NCBI GenBank assembly: GCA_030141605.1
Contig: JAQGDQ010002465.1
Location: 1 to 27,506, forward strand
Direction: 5' to 3'
From: Tubiluchus corallicola
Lineage: Eukaryota > Animalia > Priapulida
DNA: 27,506 bases
Shown here piece after piece: positions 1 to 11,283 of the stretch. Both the position numbers and the translations under genes were made by a program. The notes under the pieces are model-generated. The model worked only from the letters and a program-made list of their open reading frames with translations. It had not been told where the DNA came from and ran no database searches. The first letter of the stretch is position 1. Every line of letters begins with the position of its first letter.

Positions 1-1
1 T

Positions 2-418
2 TTATTTAATAAAAAAAATAATCATCTATTAAGGTATCTACACCATGATACTTTAATTATGAGACACGATAAAAAAGTTTTTTTAAAAAATACTTTAAAA
101 ACCTTTGAAAAATCAAAACATGTTGGTGATTACGAAAGAATTTTGCTATTTTCTATTTATGCAAATAAGATCCTAAACAACTATGAAAATATAAAACAAG
201 AATTATCTCCATTTGTAGGGGCTTTTATTTCTAAAAATCCATATATGATTATATTTTTTAGAGGGTTATTTAAAGCAGTTGAATATTCTATGGATAACAA
301 AGTAAAAGATGGAGAAGAATTTTTACATAATTTAAGCTTAAGGTTAAAAAAGATCATAAAAAATATAGATTCAAATTATTATCAAAACAATATAGCTTTG
401 AAAAATGTGTTGGAATAA
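2..418 (+). CDS. Hypothetical protein, C-terminal part (5' truncated by window edge)
   Basis: Frame is open from position 2 through the ATG at 59 to TAA at 416-418. No recognisable motif. The same frame stays open for a further 26 codons (419-499), so the true C-terminus is uncertain. Confidence 0.6.
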   Translation, partial: LFNKKNNHLLRYLHHDTLIMRHDKKVFLKNTLKTFEKSKHVGDYERILLFSIYANKILNNYENIKQELSPFVGAFISKNPYMIIFFRGLFKAVEYSMDNKVKDGEEFLHNLSLRLKKIIKNIDSNYYQNNIALKNVLE

Positions 419-520
419 ATGCTGACATTAAAAAATATAAAACAAAGTAAGTGTAAAAATCTAAGCAATATGTTAAAAGGGATGAAAATTAACAATTAAT
501 TATAAACACGGAGGTTACAA

Positions 521-1654
521 ATGAAAATCACTATCGCTATAGATTCTTTTAAAGATAGCCTAACTTCTTTAGAAGCAGCAGAGGCAATAGAAAGTGGTAT
601 AAAGTCAGTATATAAAAATGCAGAGATTGATAAAGTTCCTATTGCTGATGGAGGTGAGGGAACTGTAGACGCTTTAATAGATGCCACTAATGGAAAAAAG
701 ATACATCTAGTAGTTAAAAACCCATTAATGGAAAATATAAAAGCAAGTTATGGTATACTTGGAAATGGTGAAACAGCTGTAATTGAAATGGCTGCTGCCT
801 CTGGTTTGACACTTATTCCTTCAGAAAAAAGAAATCCATGGCATACTACAACTTTTGGTACAGGAGAAATAATACTAGACGCGTTAAAAAAAGGATGTCG
901 AAAGTTTATTGTTGGAATTGGTGGAAGTGCTACTAATGATGCTGGAATGGGTATGTTAAGAGCGTTAGGGTATAAGTTTTACAACCACTTAAATGTAGAG
1001 TTAAAAGGTAGTGGAAGAGACCTTATTGAGGTAAAAAAAATTGATGACACTAATGTAGTGCCAGAAATAAAAAAATGCGAATTTTTAATCGCTTGCGACG
1101 TCGACAACCCTTTTCATGGAAAAAATGGAGCTTCGTATATATATGCAAAGCAAAAGGGTGCTGGAACGTCAATGATTGAAGATCTTGATAAAGGATTAAG
1201 AAATTTTGCAAACGAAATATTTAAGCATAATAACTGTGATATTTCAAATATCAAAGGAGCTGGAGCTGCTGGGGGGCTAGGAGGAGCATTTCTTGCATTT
1301 CTAGGTGGTGAACTAAAACCTGGCATAGAAATAATTATTAAGCAAATTGATTTAGAAAGTAAAATAAAAAATTCACAATATGTGATAACTGGCGAAGGTA
1401 AAATAGACTCTCAAAGTGTAATGGGAAAAACTCCTGTAGGAGTAGCAAAGTATGCTAAAAAAGCTGGTGCAAAGGTTATAGGGATAACAGGCACTTTAGG
1501 AAAAGACTATGAGAAGATATATCATTATGGAGTTGATTGTGTTTTTTCCATCATAAATAAACCAATGAAAATGGAAGAGGCTTTAAAAAAAGAAAATGCA
1601 TATTCTATGTTAAAAGATTTGAGTAAAAATATTTTTAAATTACTCAAAATATAA
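521..1654 (+). CDS. glxK: Glycerate kinase (GlxK/GarK family)
   Basis: 377 aa with family motifs IAIDSFKDSL, PIADGGEGT, GIGGSATNDAG, GAGAAGGLG, TGEGKID. GGAGG RBS upstream. Confidence 0.96.
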   Translation: MKITIAIDSFKDSLTSLEAAEAIESGIKSVYKNAEIDKVPIADGGEGTVDALIDATNGKKIHLVVKNPLMENIKASYGILGNGETAVIEMAAASGLTLIPSEKRNPWHTTTFGTGEIILDALKKGCRKFIVGIGGSATNDAGMGMLRALGYKFYNHLNVELKGSGRDLIEVKKIDDTNVVPEIKKCEFLIACDVDNPFHGKNGASYIYAKQKGAGTSMIEDLDKGLRNFANEIFKHNNCDISNIKGAGAAGGLGGAFLAFLGGELKPGIEIIIKQIDLESKIKNSQYVITGEGKIDSQSVMGKTPVGVAKYAKKAGAKVIGITGTLGKDYEKIYHYGVDCVFSIINKPMKMEEALKKENAYSMLKDLSKNIFKLLKI

Positions 1655-1765
1655 CGCTATTTAAGGTTCTTAATTCAGTTATATTGCTCCAGTAAAACTT
1701 AAATTTTTACAGCTATTATTAAAATTATATTCAAAATAAACTTTATTTTTTTAGTCAACTTTAAT

Positions 1766-1794
1766 TTGATTTATTAGGTTGTAATTGTTAAACT
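1766..1794 (+). promoter_or_regulatory. Putative sigma70 promoter for candidate sRNA
   Basis: TTGATT (1766-1771), 17-nt spacer, TAAACT (1789-1794) with extended TG at 1786-1787. Predicted start at G1801. Confidence 0.55.
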
Positions 1795-1800
1795 ATACTT

Positions 1801-1884
1801 GAAGGAGCACCTTACCTTTTTTATTTTAATTCCCCCTTTATTGGAAAAATAGCAGTTTATTTATAACTGCTATTTTTCTTTTTT
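1801..1884 (+). ncRNA. Candidate ~84-nt small regulatory RNA with C/U-rich seed
   Basis: Bounded by the promoter above and a strong intrinsic terminator, with no start codon inside. Short 5' hairpin (AAGG-agca-CCTT), single-stranded U/C-rich linker containing TTCCCCCTTT, then the terminator stem. Inferred from architecture only. Confidence 0.55.
1844..1884 (+). terminator. Rho-independent terminator
   Basis: Perfect 14-bp inverted repeat GAAAAATAGCAGTT (1844-1857) / AACTGCTATTTTTC (1865-1878) followed by a T run. Confidence 0.85.
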
Positions 1885-2047
1885 GCTATTATTATGTCTA
1901 TTACAAAACTTCAAACAAATAGTTTTTGATAGATTCCGCCAATTTCTTATTTACACTATATTTAATAGCCTACCAGATCTTTTTTTACGTGAAATTTTTT
2001 CATAATTTGAGTTCCATTATCGCTCCCTGTATAATACCATATGACTA

Positions 2048-2076
2048 TTGACAAAACACCAATAATATGATATTCT
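2048..2076 (+). promoter_or_regulatory. Sigma70 promoter of rplU operon
   Basis: TTGACA (2048-2053), 17 nt, TATTCT (2071-2076) with extended TG at 2068-2069. Confidence 0.8.
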
Positions 2077-2080
2077 AAGG

Positions 2081-2121
2081 ATCACGCATAGTTGTGGTAT
2101 TCAGCAACCTATACTAGCGAT
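2081..2121 (+). promoter_or_regulatory. Putative L21 leader (structured 5' UTR of rplU)
   Basis: GC-enriched foldable segment between promoter and RBS: CGC...GCG outer pairing, ATAGTTG/CAACCTAT inner stem. The position matches the known L21_leader element, but no covariance-model match was run. Confidence 0.45.
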
Positions 2122-2143
2122 TTTTATATTAGGAGGTGTTATA

Positions 2144-2454
2144 ATGTACGCAATTATCAAAACTGGCGGAAAGCAGTACAAAGTAAGCGAAGGTGACATT
2201 ATACAAATTGAAAAATTAAATGCTGAAGTTAATGATGATGTAGTAATAAATAATGTTCTTTTAATCAGTAAGGACAGTGATATCAATGTTGGAAAGCCTA
2301 CTATTGATGGAGCAAAAGTTACTGCAAAGGTTTTAGATCAAAATAAATCTAAGAAAGTGATTAACTTTAAATACAAACCTAAGAAGGCTTACAAAGAAAA
2401 GTTGGCCATAGGCAAAGATACACTGAATTAAAAATACAAACTATAGAAGGCTAA
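2144..2454 (+). CDS. rplU: 50S ribosomal protein L21 (one apparent 1-nt deletion near 2393-2395)
   Basis: [15 protein letters not shown]-terminus. The conserved C-terminus [18 protein letters not shown] lies in another frame ending TAA 2452-2454. Adding one A restores 103 aa. Confidence 0.97.
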
Positions 2455-2458
2455 CAGA

Positions 2459-2803
2459 GTGACAAACATTATTTTTTATAGAAAAAAAAAATATATCTAT
2501 GCAATAAAAGCTAGTGGACACAGCCTCTATGATGAGCATGGAAAAGATATAGTTTGTAATTCTATCTCTATTCTACTGCAGTATGCTGTTGCTGCTATAA
2601 ATGTACAACTAAACCTCAATGCTCATTTTCATATAAGCATTGAAAATAGTGAACTATTTTTAAGTTTGGAAAAAGTTAAAAAAGATTTGATTAAAGAAAA
2701 TAAAAAAACTATATATACTATTTTTGAAACTTTATACAAAGTAATAAAAGAAATTGAAAGTGAATATCCTTCACATGTAAAAGTAACAAATAAGGAGGCT
2801 TAA
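2459..2803 (+). CDS. prp: Ribosomal-processing cysteine protease Prp (YsxB family)
   Basis: Lies between rplU and rpmA. SGH...GKDIVC motif carries the His/Cys catalytic pair. GTG start. Confidence 0.9.
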   Translation: MTNIIFYRKKKYIYAIKASGHSLYDEHGKDIVCNSISILLQYAVAAINVQLNLNAHFHISIENSELFLSLEKVKKDLIKENKKTIYTIFETLYKVIKEIESEYPSHVKVTNKEA

Positions 2804-2806
2804 TCT

Positions 2807-3091
2807 ATGTTTAAATTAGAGTTACAACTTTTTGCAAAAAAAAAGGGACAAGGTTCTGTAAAAAACGGAAGAGATTCTAACCCTAAATATCTAGGTATAA
2901 AAAAATATGATGGTGAAAAAGTTAAAGCTGGTAATATAATTGTTAGACAAAGAGGAAACTCTTTCCATGCTGGAAATGATATGGGACAAGGTAAAGACTA
3001 CACTCTATTTGCTTTAACTGATGGGTTTGTTAAATTCGAGAGATTTGGGAAAAATAAAAAGAAAGTTTCTATTTATCCTGAAAAAGCTTAA
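2807..3091 (+). CDS. rpmA: 50S ribosomal protein L27 with Prp-cleavable N-terminal extension
   Basis: [42 protein letters not shown]. Confidence 0.98.
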   Translation: MFKLELQLFAKKKGQGSVKNGRDSNPKYLGIKKYDGEKVKAGNIIVRQRGNSFHAGNDMGQGKDYTLFALTDGFVKFERFGKNKKKVSIYPEKA

Positions 3092-3093
3092 TT

Positions 3094-3118
3094 ATCCTGG
3101 TATATCCAGGATTTTTTT
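3094..3118 (+). terminator. Rho-independent terminator after rpmA
   Basis: ATCCTGG-tatat-CCAGGAT stem followed by a T run. Confidence 0.8.
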
Positions 3119-3172
3119 ATAATCTAAATTAATATATTAAAAAAATATTTTAATCATTATAGGAGAAACTTT

Positions 3173-4456
3173 ATGTTTATTGACGAATCAATAATTATTG
3201 TAAAATCTGGAGATGGTGGTAACGGTGCTTCTTCCTTTAGAAAGGAAAAATACATTCAATTTGGTGGCCCTGATGGAGGAGACGGTGGTAACGGTGGATC
3301 TATATATTTTATAGTAAGTAATAATATTAACACTCTTGTTGATTTTAGATACAATAAATTCTACAGAGCTCAAAATGGAGAAAGTGGCAATAAAAAAAAT
3401 ATGCATGGCAAACAAGGAAAAGATCTTATCATTAATGTTCCTTTAGGCACAATGGTAAAAGACTTTGAAACTGAAAAACTTTTACTTGATATGAATGAAG
3501 AAGGTAAAAAAAGCCTTTTTTTAAAAGGAGGAAAAGGAGGATTTGGAAACTCTAGATTTAAAAGCTCTGTAAAAAGAGCGCCTAAAATTGCTTTAAAAGG
3601 AAAACCTGGCATAGAATTAAAAATTAAATTAGAACTTAAACTTTTAGCAGACATAGCCCTTGTTGGTTATCCTAGTGTTGGAAAGTCTAGTTTTATTAAT
3701 AAAGTATCCGCTGTTAAATCAAAGGTTGCAAATTATCATTTTACAACTTTAAACCCTAAAATAGGGGTTGTCCGCTTAGAGGAATCAAAATCTTTTCTTA
3801 TTGCTGACATTCCTGGACTTATTGAAGGAGCCCATGAAGGAGTTGGCCTTGGTGATAAATTTTTAAAACATATTGAAAGGTGTAAAATTATATTGCATTT
3901 AATAGATGTTTCTGCTATTGAGGGTAGATGTCCAATTGAAGATTTTGAGAAAATTAATAAAGAGCTACATAAATATAGTCATAAGTTATCTAATAAAAAA
4001 CAAATTGTTGTAGCTAATAAAATGGATCTTTTATACGATTCTAAAAACTTTGATGATTTAAAAAACTATTTAAATAAAAAAAATATTGAATTATATCCTA
4101 TTTCTGTATTGTTTAATGATGGTTTAGATAAAGTGCTATATAAAGCATATGACTTAATTCAGAAAACTGAAGAATATATTTTAGAAACAGAATATAGTGT
4201 AGATGACATAATTCTTTCTAAAAGTAAAATGGAAGAAAATTGGGTTATAAACGTAGATAATGATGGCGTTTTTAATGTTAGTGGAAAAATAGTAAATAAT
4301 GTATTAAACACATATCTTTTTAATGATAACGACTCTATTGTTAATTTTATTCATATTCTCAAAAATCTTGGACTTGAGAAAGAACTTGAAAAGCACAACA
4401 TCAAAGATGGAGACACTGTTAGAATATTTGATTTAGAGTTTGATTATGTAGTATAA
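3173..4456 (+). CDS. obgE: GTPase ObgE/CgtA
   Basis: 427 aa. Gly-rich Obg domain (GGPDGGDGGNGG), GYPSVGKS, YHFTTL, DIPG, NKMD, and C-terminal OCT domain. Confidence 0.98.
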   Translation: MFIDESIIIVKSGDGGNGASSFRKEKYIQFGGPDGGDGGNGGSIYFIVSNNINTLVDFRYNKFYRAQNGESGNKKNMHGKQGKDLIINVPLGTMVKDFETEKLLLDMNEEGKKSLFLKGGKGGFGNSRFKSSVKRAPKIALKGKPGIELKIKLELKLLADIALVGYPSVGKSSFINKVSAVKSKVANYHFTTLNPKIGVVRLEESKSFLIADIPGLIEGAHEGVGLGDKFLKHIERCKIILHLIDVSAIEGRCPIEDFEKINKELHKYSHKLSNKKQIVVANKMDLLYDSKNFDDLKNYLNKKNIELYPISVLFNDGLDKVLYKAYDLIQKTEEYILETEYSVDDIILSKSKMEENWVINVDNDGVFNVSGKIVNNVLNTYLFNDNDSIVNFIHILKNLGLEKELEKHNIKDGDTVRIFDLEFDYVV

Positions 4457-4478
4457 ATTTTACTTTGAGGTAAGCCTT

Positions 4479-5225
4479 ATGTTTAAAAAAAGAAACGGTT
4501 ATTATTATGTGGAAGAATTTGAAAAATATAATTTAGAAGCTCTTTTTTCAACAAAAAAAATAGGTTTTTCTAATAATTTAGATTACTTTATAAATAAGGA
4601 TTCATCTCATTTTTCTTTTTTAACTACAAATAGTACCTATAAAAATTTAATTTATGCAAAACAAACTCATAGTAATAATATTATTTCAATAGATAAAAAT
4701 ACTACTAAATACTACTATGAAAATGTCGATGGTTTTATCACAGCTAGGAGTGATGTTGTGCTAATGACTAGATTTGCAGATTGTCTTCCTATATATGTTT
4801 ATGATATTAAAAATAAAATCATTGGTCTTTGCCACTCTGGGTGGTTAGGGTCATATAAAGGTATACAAGTTAATATTATAAATAAAATGAAGCACAAATA
4901 TTCTAGCATGAATCAAAATATAATTGTGGCTTTAGGCATTGGTATAAAATCCTGCTGTTACGAAGTTCAAATTGATTTCTATGAAAAATTTACTAAAAAA
5001 TACTCTAAAGATATTTTAGAAAAAGTATTTCACTATAAAAATAACAAATTGTATTTTGATAATGAAAATTTTAATTTTTTTATATTAAAGGAATATGGAA
5101 TTCCTGAGGAAAACATTGTTAAAAGCAATATATGTACATACTGTCACTCTGATCACCTATTTTTTTCTTATCGAAAAGATAAAAATTCTATTGGAAGAAA
5201 TTGTGCTTTTTTACATATCTTATAA
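4479..5225 (+). CDS. pgeF: PgeF/YfiH family protein (peptidoglycan editing factor / purine nucleoside phosphorylase)
   Basis: QTHS, DGFIT, ADCLP, HSGW, CCYEV, CT...FFSYR motifs. Confidence 0.93.
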   Translation: MFKKRNGYYYVEEFEKYNLEALFSTKKIGFSNNLDYFINKDSSHFSFLTTNSTYKNLIYAKQTHSNNIISIDKNTTKYYYENVDGFITARSDVVLMTRFADCLPIYVYDIKNKIIGLCHSGWLGSYKGIQVNIINKMKHKYSSMNQNIIVALGIGIKSCCYEVQIDFYEKFTKKYSKDILEKVFHYKNNKLYFDNENFNFFILKEYGIPEENIVKSNICTYCHSDHLFFSYRKDKNSIGRNCAFLHIL

Positions 5226-5249
5226 TTTTATTAACATGGAGTTCAACAT

Positions 5250-6395
5250 ATGAATATATTAATTAAGAATGCAAATATAGTTCTAAAGAATAAAATACTA
5301 AAAAATTATTGTTTATATATTGAAAATAATAAAATTGAGAAAATTGCTAAAAAAATTAAATATAATTATATAAAAAAGGTTATAGATGCTAACAATAATT
5401 ACATTATACCTGGATTTATAGATTTACATATTCATGGAGCAAATGGTTATGACATTATGGATGGAAATAAAAAATCTATCGAAGAAATTTCAAAATTTAT
5501 TTTAAAAAAAGGAGTAACTTCTTTTTTACCAACTTTAATTACTGAGTCAAATGAAAAAATATACAAAGCTCTTAATTGTATAGCTAGCTTTAATAAAAAA
5601 GGAGTTAATAGATCTAATATACTAGGTGTTCATATGGAAGGTCCTTTTTTTTCTCATTCTTTTAAAGGTGCTCAAAATCCAAATTATATAAAATGCGCCT
5701 CAATAGAACAGACTAAAAAATACATTGAAAAACATCAAAATTTAATTAAAATTTTTACTTTAGCTCCTGAGGTAGTCTCTAAAGAAGTTATAGATTATTT
5801 AGTTGAAAATGACGTTATAGTTGCGCTGGGGCATAGCTCTGCTACATCTGAAGAGGTCCATATCGCTGTTAGATACGGAATTTCCCATGCAGTACATATT
5901 TTTAATGGCATGAAAGGGATACACCATAGGGAACCTGGAACTGCTGGTGGAATTTTATTAAATAACAATATTAAAGCTGAAGTTATTTTTGATAAAGTAC
6001 ACCTTCATCCAGATATTATAAAATTAGTTATCAAATGCAAAGGGATTTCTAATACTATTTTTGTGTCTGATTCAATTAAAGCTACTGGATTACCTGATGG
6101 TATATACAGTCTTGGTGGACTTAAAGTTATCGTTAAAAACTCAGTTGCTAGGACACAAGATGGGTCTCTTGCTGGCAGTACTCTTACCATGGATATAGCT
6201 TTTAAAAATGCCATTAGCATTTTAAACCTTTCTATAATTGATGCTGTAAAGCTAACTAGCACTAATGCTGCTAAGGAGTTAAATTTATCTTCTAAAGGTA
6301 ATATTGAAGAAGGTTATGATGCTGATATCATTCTTTATGATAAAAATAATTTTAGTATTAAACATATCATTTTAGACGGTAAAATAATTCAATAA
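5250..6395 (+). CDS. nagA: N-acetylglucosamine-6-phosphate deacetylase
   Basis: PGFIDLHIHG, HMEGPF, TLAPE, LGHS, HIFNGM..HHREPG, SD, LAGS. Confidence 0.96.
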   Translation: MNILIKNANIVLKNKILKNYCLYIENNKIEKIAKKIKYNYIKKVIDANNNYIIPGFIDLHIHGANGYDIMDGNKKSIEEISKFILKKGVTSFLPTLITESNEKIYKALNCIASFNKKGVNRSNILGVHMEGPFFSHSFKGAQNPNYIKCASIEQTKKYIEKHQNLIKIFTLAPEVVSKEVIDYLVENDVIVALGHSSATSEEVHIAVRYGISHAVHIFNGMKGIHHREPGTAGGILLNNNIKAEVIFDKVHLHPDIIKLVIKCKGISNTIFVSDSIKATGLPDGIYSLGGLKVIVKNSVARTQDGSLAGSTLTMDIAFKNAISILNLSIIDAVKLTSTNAAKELNLSSKGNIEEGYDADIILYDKNNFSIKHIILDGKIIQ

Positions 6396-6718
6396 CTCTA
6401 GCTTATAATTTTTTTATGCTGAGTTTAAAGTATTGCTATAAACTTACAAAACTCTAATTCTTTTTTTAACCTTATTTTTACTTATCTCATCAAATTACCC
6501 TAATATGTATTTATAGCATTTATATGGTATAACTTTACTAAAAAGATGATAAAAATAAAAACATTAACAATTATCTTCATTTTTTTATTAAAAAAATAAA
6601 TTAATATTTTATAATTTTATTCATTGTATTATCTTTATCTCAGATTTTATCTGTTAAGCATTTGCTATTCTTTAGAATTATTTTTAAAAATTTTATAAAA
6701 TAATTTTTTTTAAAAAAC

Positions 6719-6747
6719 TTGACAAAAATATAATTCTGCGGTATGAT
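6719..6747 (+). promoter_or_regulatory. Sigma70 promoter of hrcA operon
   Basis: TTGACA (6719-6724), 17 nt, TATGAT (6742-6747). Confidence 0.88.
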
Positions 6748-6756
6748 ACTCAACAG

Positions 6757-6783
6757 TTAGCACTCTTGAAAAATGAGTGCTAA
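6757..6783 (+). promoter_or_regulatory. CIRCE operator (HrcA binding site)
   Basis: Exact consensus TTAGCACTC-N9-GAGTGCTAA between the promoter and the hrcA RBS. Confidence 0.98.
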
Positions 6784-6798
6784 CAAAAGAGGTGGATT

Positions 6799-7800
6799 AT
6801 GACTGAAAGAGAAAAGCTAGTATTAAGAGCTATTATTGATTATTATTTAGATTATGGCGAAACAATAGGGTCAAGAACTTTAGTAAAAAAATATCATATG
6901 GACCTATCTTCTGCAACTATAAGAAATGTAATGGCAGACCTTGAAGATATGGGGTATATTTCTAAAACACATACTTCTTCTGGTAGAATACCCACTGATA
7001 CAGGGTATAAGTTTTACCTTAACGAACTTCTTAAGTTTGAGGAAATAACTAAAGAAGAGCAAAAGAAAATAGACGAAGTTTACGAAAAAAAAATACATGA
7101 GATTGATTCTATCTTAAAAAAAACTTCAAATTTATTATCTAAACTTAGTTCTTATACTGGAATTGTTATGGAACCTGGGTTTAGAAGAGAAAAAATTAAA
7201 AATATTGAACTTGTATTTATCGATTCAAACTTAATTTTAGCTGTATTAATTACTGAAGAAAAAGTTGTTAAAACTAGAAAAATAACCTTAAAAAATAACG
7301 TTACAAAAGAAAGCTTACAGAATATTTCTAAAGAATTGAATAATAAAATTCAAAAATGTGAGGTCTATAGTCATGATATAGAAAGTATTATTTCACAAAT
7401 AAATGAAGTTGAAGAAGAAATTTACCAAGATATAGAAGGTGAATTTTTTATAGAAGGAGCTACCTCTATATTTTCAGAAAATGATATTGAAGATACTAAA
7501 TCTATAATTAAATTTTTTAATGAAAAAGATATAATGAGAGATTTTTTTGAAAAATTTGTGCTAAAGCAACCTTCTAAAGAAGGTGATGTAAATATTATAT
7601 TTGGAGATGAACTGGGAAGAGACGAGCTAAACAACTGTAGCTTTATATATTCAGTGTATAATATTGGTCAAGCTAAAGGTATCATTGGTATCATTGGTCC
7701 TAAAAGAATGGCTTATTCAAAAGCTGTAAAGTTAGTGGAGTATGTATCTAGTGAAGTAAATAAAGTCATGAAAAAAATAAAAGAAAAGGAGAGCACCTAA
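6799..7800 (+). CDS. hrcA: Heat-inducible transcription repressor HrcA
   Basis: IGSRTL, SSATIRNVMADLE.GY, HTSSGRIPTD.GY, GIIGPKRMAY. CIRCE upstream. Confidence 0.97.
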   Translation: MTEREKLVLRAIIDYYLDYGETIGSRTLVKKYHMDLSSATIRNVMADLEDMGYISKTHTSSGRIPTDTGYKFYLNELLKFEEITKEEQKKIDEVYEKKIHEIDSILKKTSNLLSKLSSYTGIVMEPGFRREKIKNIELVFIDSNLILAVLITEEKVVKTRKITLKNNVTKESLQNISKELNNKIQKCEVYSHDIESIISQINEVEEEIYQDIEGEFFIEGATSIFSENDIEDTKSIIKFFNEKDIMRDFFEKFVLKQPSKEGDVNIIFGDELGRDELNNCSFIYSVYNIGQAKGIIGIIGPKRMAYSKAVKLVEYVSSEVNKVMKKIKEKEST

Positions 7801-8405
7801 TGTCTGAAGAAAAATACAAGAATCATCTAGGTAATGAAGATGACATGGAACTTGAAAATGGTACTTTTAAAAACGAAGATAATAGTGAATTAGAAAATGA
7901 AGAAAATATTGAAATAATTGAAAATAAGGAAAGCAGCTGTCAAGATAAAATAGAGAAATTAGAAAAAGAATTAGAAGAGTGGAAAAATGCTTACCAAAGA
8001 AAACATGCTGAATTTGCAAATTTTTCTAAAAGAAAAGAAAAAGAAATGGAAGAGTTTAGGCTCTATGCTTCTGAAAAGGTAATTATAAAACTTTTAGAAA
8101 TTATTGATAATTTGGAAAGAGCAATGGAGTCATCACTAGCTTCTAAGGATCTTGATTCATTAGTTAAAGGCATTGATATGACTATTTCACAAATGCATAA
8201 TTTATTAAACCAAGAAGATGTAAAACCAATTAAATCTATTGGAGGAAATTTTGACCCTTATTTACATCAAGCTGTTCTAACAGAGTCTAATCCACAAAAA
8301 AAAGATGAGGAAATATTACAAGAATTACAAAAAGGATATACTATGAAAGACAAAGTCATAAGGCCAGCAATGGTTAAAGTAAATAAAATTATAATAAATA
8401 ATTAA
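7800..8405 (+). CDS. grpE: Nucleotide exchange factor GrpE
   Basis: AEFANFSKR, DNLERA, FDPYLHQAV, QKGY...VIRPAMVKV. TAATG overlap with hrcA. Confidence 0.97.
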   Translation: MSEEKYKNHLGNEDDMELENGTFKNEDNSELENEENIEIIENKESSCQDKIEKLEKELEEWKNAYQRKHAEFANFSKRKEKEMEEFRLYASEKVIIKLLEIIDNLERAMESSLASKDLDSLVKGIDMTISQMHNLLNQEDVKPIKSIGGNFDPYLHQAVLTESNPQKKDEEILQELQKGYTMKDKVIRPAMVKVNKIIINN

Positions 8406-8419
8406 TTGAAAATAAATAG

Positions 8420-10258
<1,839 letters not shown>

Positions 10259-10266
10259 ATTTATAT

Positions 10267-10311
10267 ATAACTACTTCTTATCTATTTGTAATTTAGATAG
10301 GAAGTAGTTAT
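10267..10311 (+). terminator. Hairpin after dnaK (terminator or mRNA stabiliser)
   Basis: 18-bp stem 10267-10284 / 10294-10311 with one G-U pair and a 9-nt loop. Confidence 0.75.
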
Positions 10312-10341
10312 TTGTTCTATGTTATTTGGAGGTATTTTGTT

Positions 10342-10791
10342 ATGATGGAATTAAAAAGGATGACAGAAGAAGATTATGACATAATAAAAGGTAGAATCAT
10401 AAGAGATTACGCACAATCTAAAGTAAAAGTAGGGCTATGGCAGGCTGATGAGTCTATAGAGCTAGCTAAAGAAAGTATTGAAAAAATATTAACTGAAGGA
10501 ATGAAAACTCAAAACCATTATTTCTATGATGTTTTTGTAAAAACAGGAAAAATAGGTTTTGTTTGGTTTAATGTCCATAAAGATCAATTATATGTGAATT
10601 ATTCATATATATACGACAAATATATAAATGACTATTATGAGAAACCATTATTAATAAAAATTGAAAAAAAAGCAAAAGAATTAAACATAAAAAAAGTTAA
10701 TTTACATTTCTATGGATATAATAAATTAATTTCATTATATAGAAAACTAGGTTATCAAACTACAGAAATATTTTTAAAAAAATATATCTAA
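10342..10791 (+). CDS. GNAT-family N-acetyltransferase-like protein
   Basis: ATG 10342 follows GGAGG. KIGFVWF strand and C-terminal LHFYGYN..ISLYRKLGY (GNAT motif B). The acetyl-CoA loop (R/Q-x-x-G-x-G) is not evident. Confidence 0.78.
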   Translation: MMELKRMTEEDYDIIKGRIIRDYAQSKVKVGLWQADESIELAKESIEKILTEGMKTQNHYFYDVFVKTGKIGFVWFNVHKDQLYVNYSYIYDKYINDYYEKPLLIKIEKKAKELNIKKVNLHFYGYNKLISLYRKLGYQTTEIFLKKYI

Positions 10792-10812
10792 TTAATTTTG
10801 GATGGTGATTTT

Positions 10813-11283
10813 ATGTTGGCAACATATATTTTTCATAAAAAACTAGGAGTTATAGAAATAAGGGAGAGTAATCATAAAATTATTAGTATTAATTTTTTAA
10901 AAAAAGCCGTTTACTCAAAAGAGACTCCTTTATTGAAGGAATGTAAAGCTCAAGTTGAAGAATACTTGTTTGGAGCTAGAAAAAATTTTGATCTTAATAA
11001 ATTAAACTTAGATATAAATGGAAGCGATTTTGAAAAAAAAGTTTGGAACGAGATTTTAAAGGTAGAATATGGAAATACTAAGAGTTATGGTGAGATTGCT
11101 GAAAAAATAGGCGGAAAAAACTATAGTAGAGCTGTTGGGAAAGCAAGTGGCAAAAATAAAATTGCTATTATTATTCCCTGCCATAGAATTATTGGAAGCA
11201 CCGGAAAATTAGTCGGTTATTATTCAGGGGTAAATAGAAAAAAATATTTACTTGATTTAGAAAAATCAAAACTTTTAAAATGA
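10813..11283 (+). CDS. ogt: Methylated-DNA-protein-cysteine methyltransferase
   Basis: SYGEIA, RAVG, active-site IIIPCHRII. ATG 10813 preferred over TTG 10798. Confidence 0.96.
   Translation: MLATYIFHKKLGVIEIRESNHKIISINFLKKAVYSKETPLLKECKAQVEEYLFGARKNFDLNKLNLDINGSDFEKKVWNEILKVEYGNTKSYGEIAEKIGGKNYSRAVGKASGKNKIAIIIPCHRIIGSTGKLVGYYSGVNRKKYLLDLEKSKLLK

Noticed and set aside
419-499. 26-codon ORF in frame immediately after the stop of the first gene
   Set aside because: No RBS or motif. More likely part of a disrupted C-terminus or chance, and cannot be resolved without homologues.
1775-1842. Alternative reading of the C-rich seed as a minus-strand RBS (AGGGGG) for a 16-codon ORF starting ATA
   Set aside because: Non-canonical start and tiny ORF. 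The + strand promoter and T-tailed terminator explain the region better, though this reading is not fully excluded.
1898-2039. Minus-strand TGGTATTAT, GGGAG RBS and ATG (2017) giving MELKL-TGA, considered as leader peptide or Sec readthrough
   Set aside because: The frame hits TAA and TAG shortly after the TGA. No SECIS-like stem and no downstream gene to regulate.
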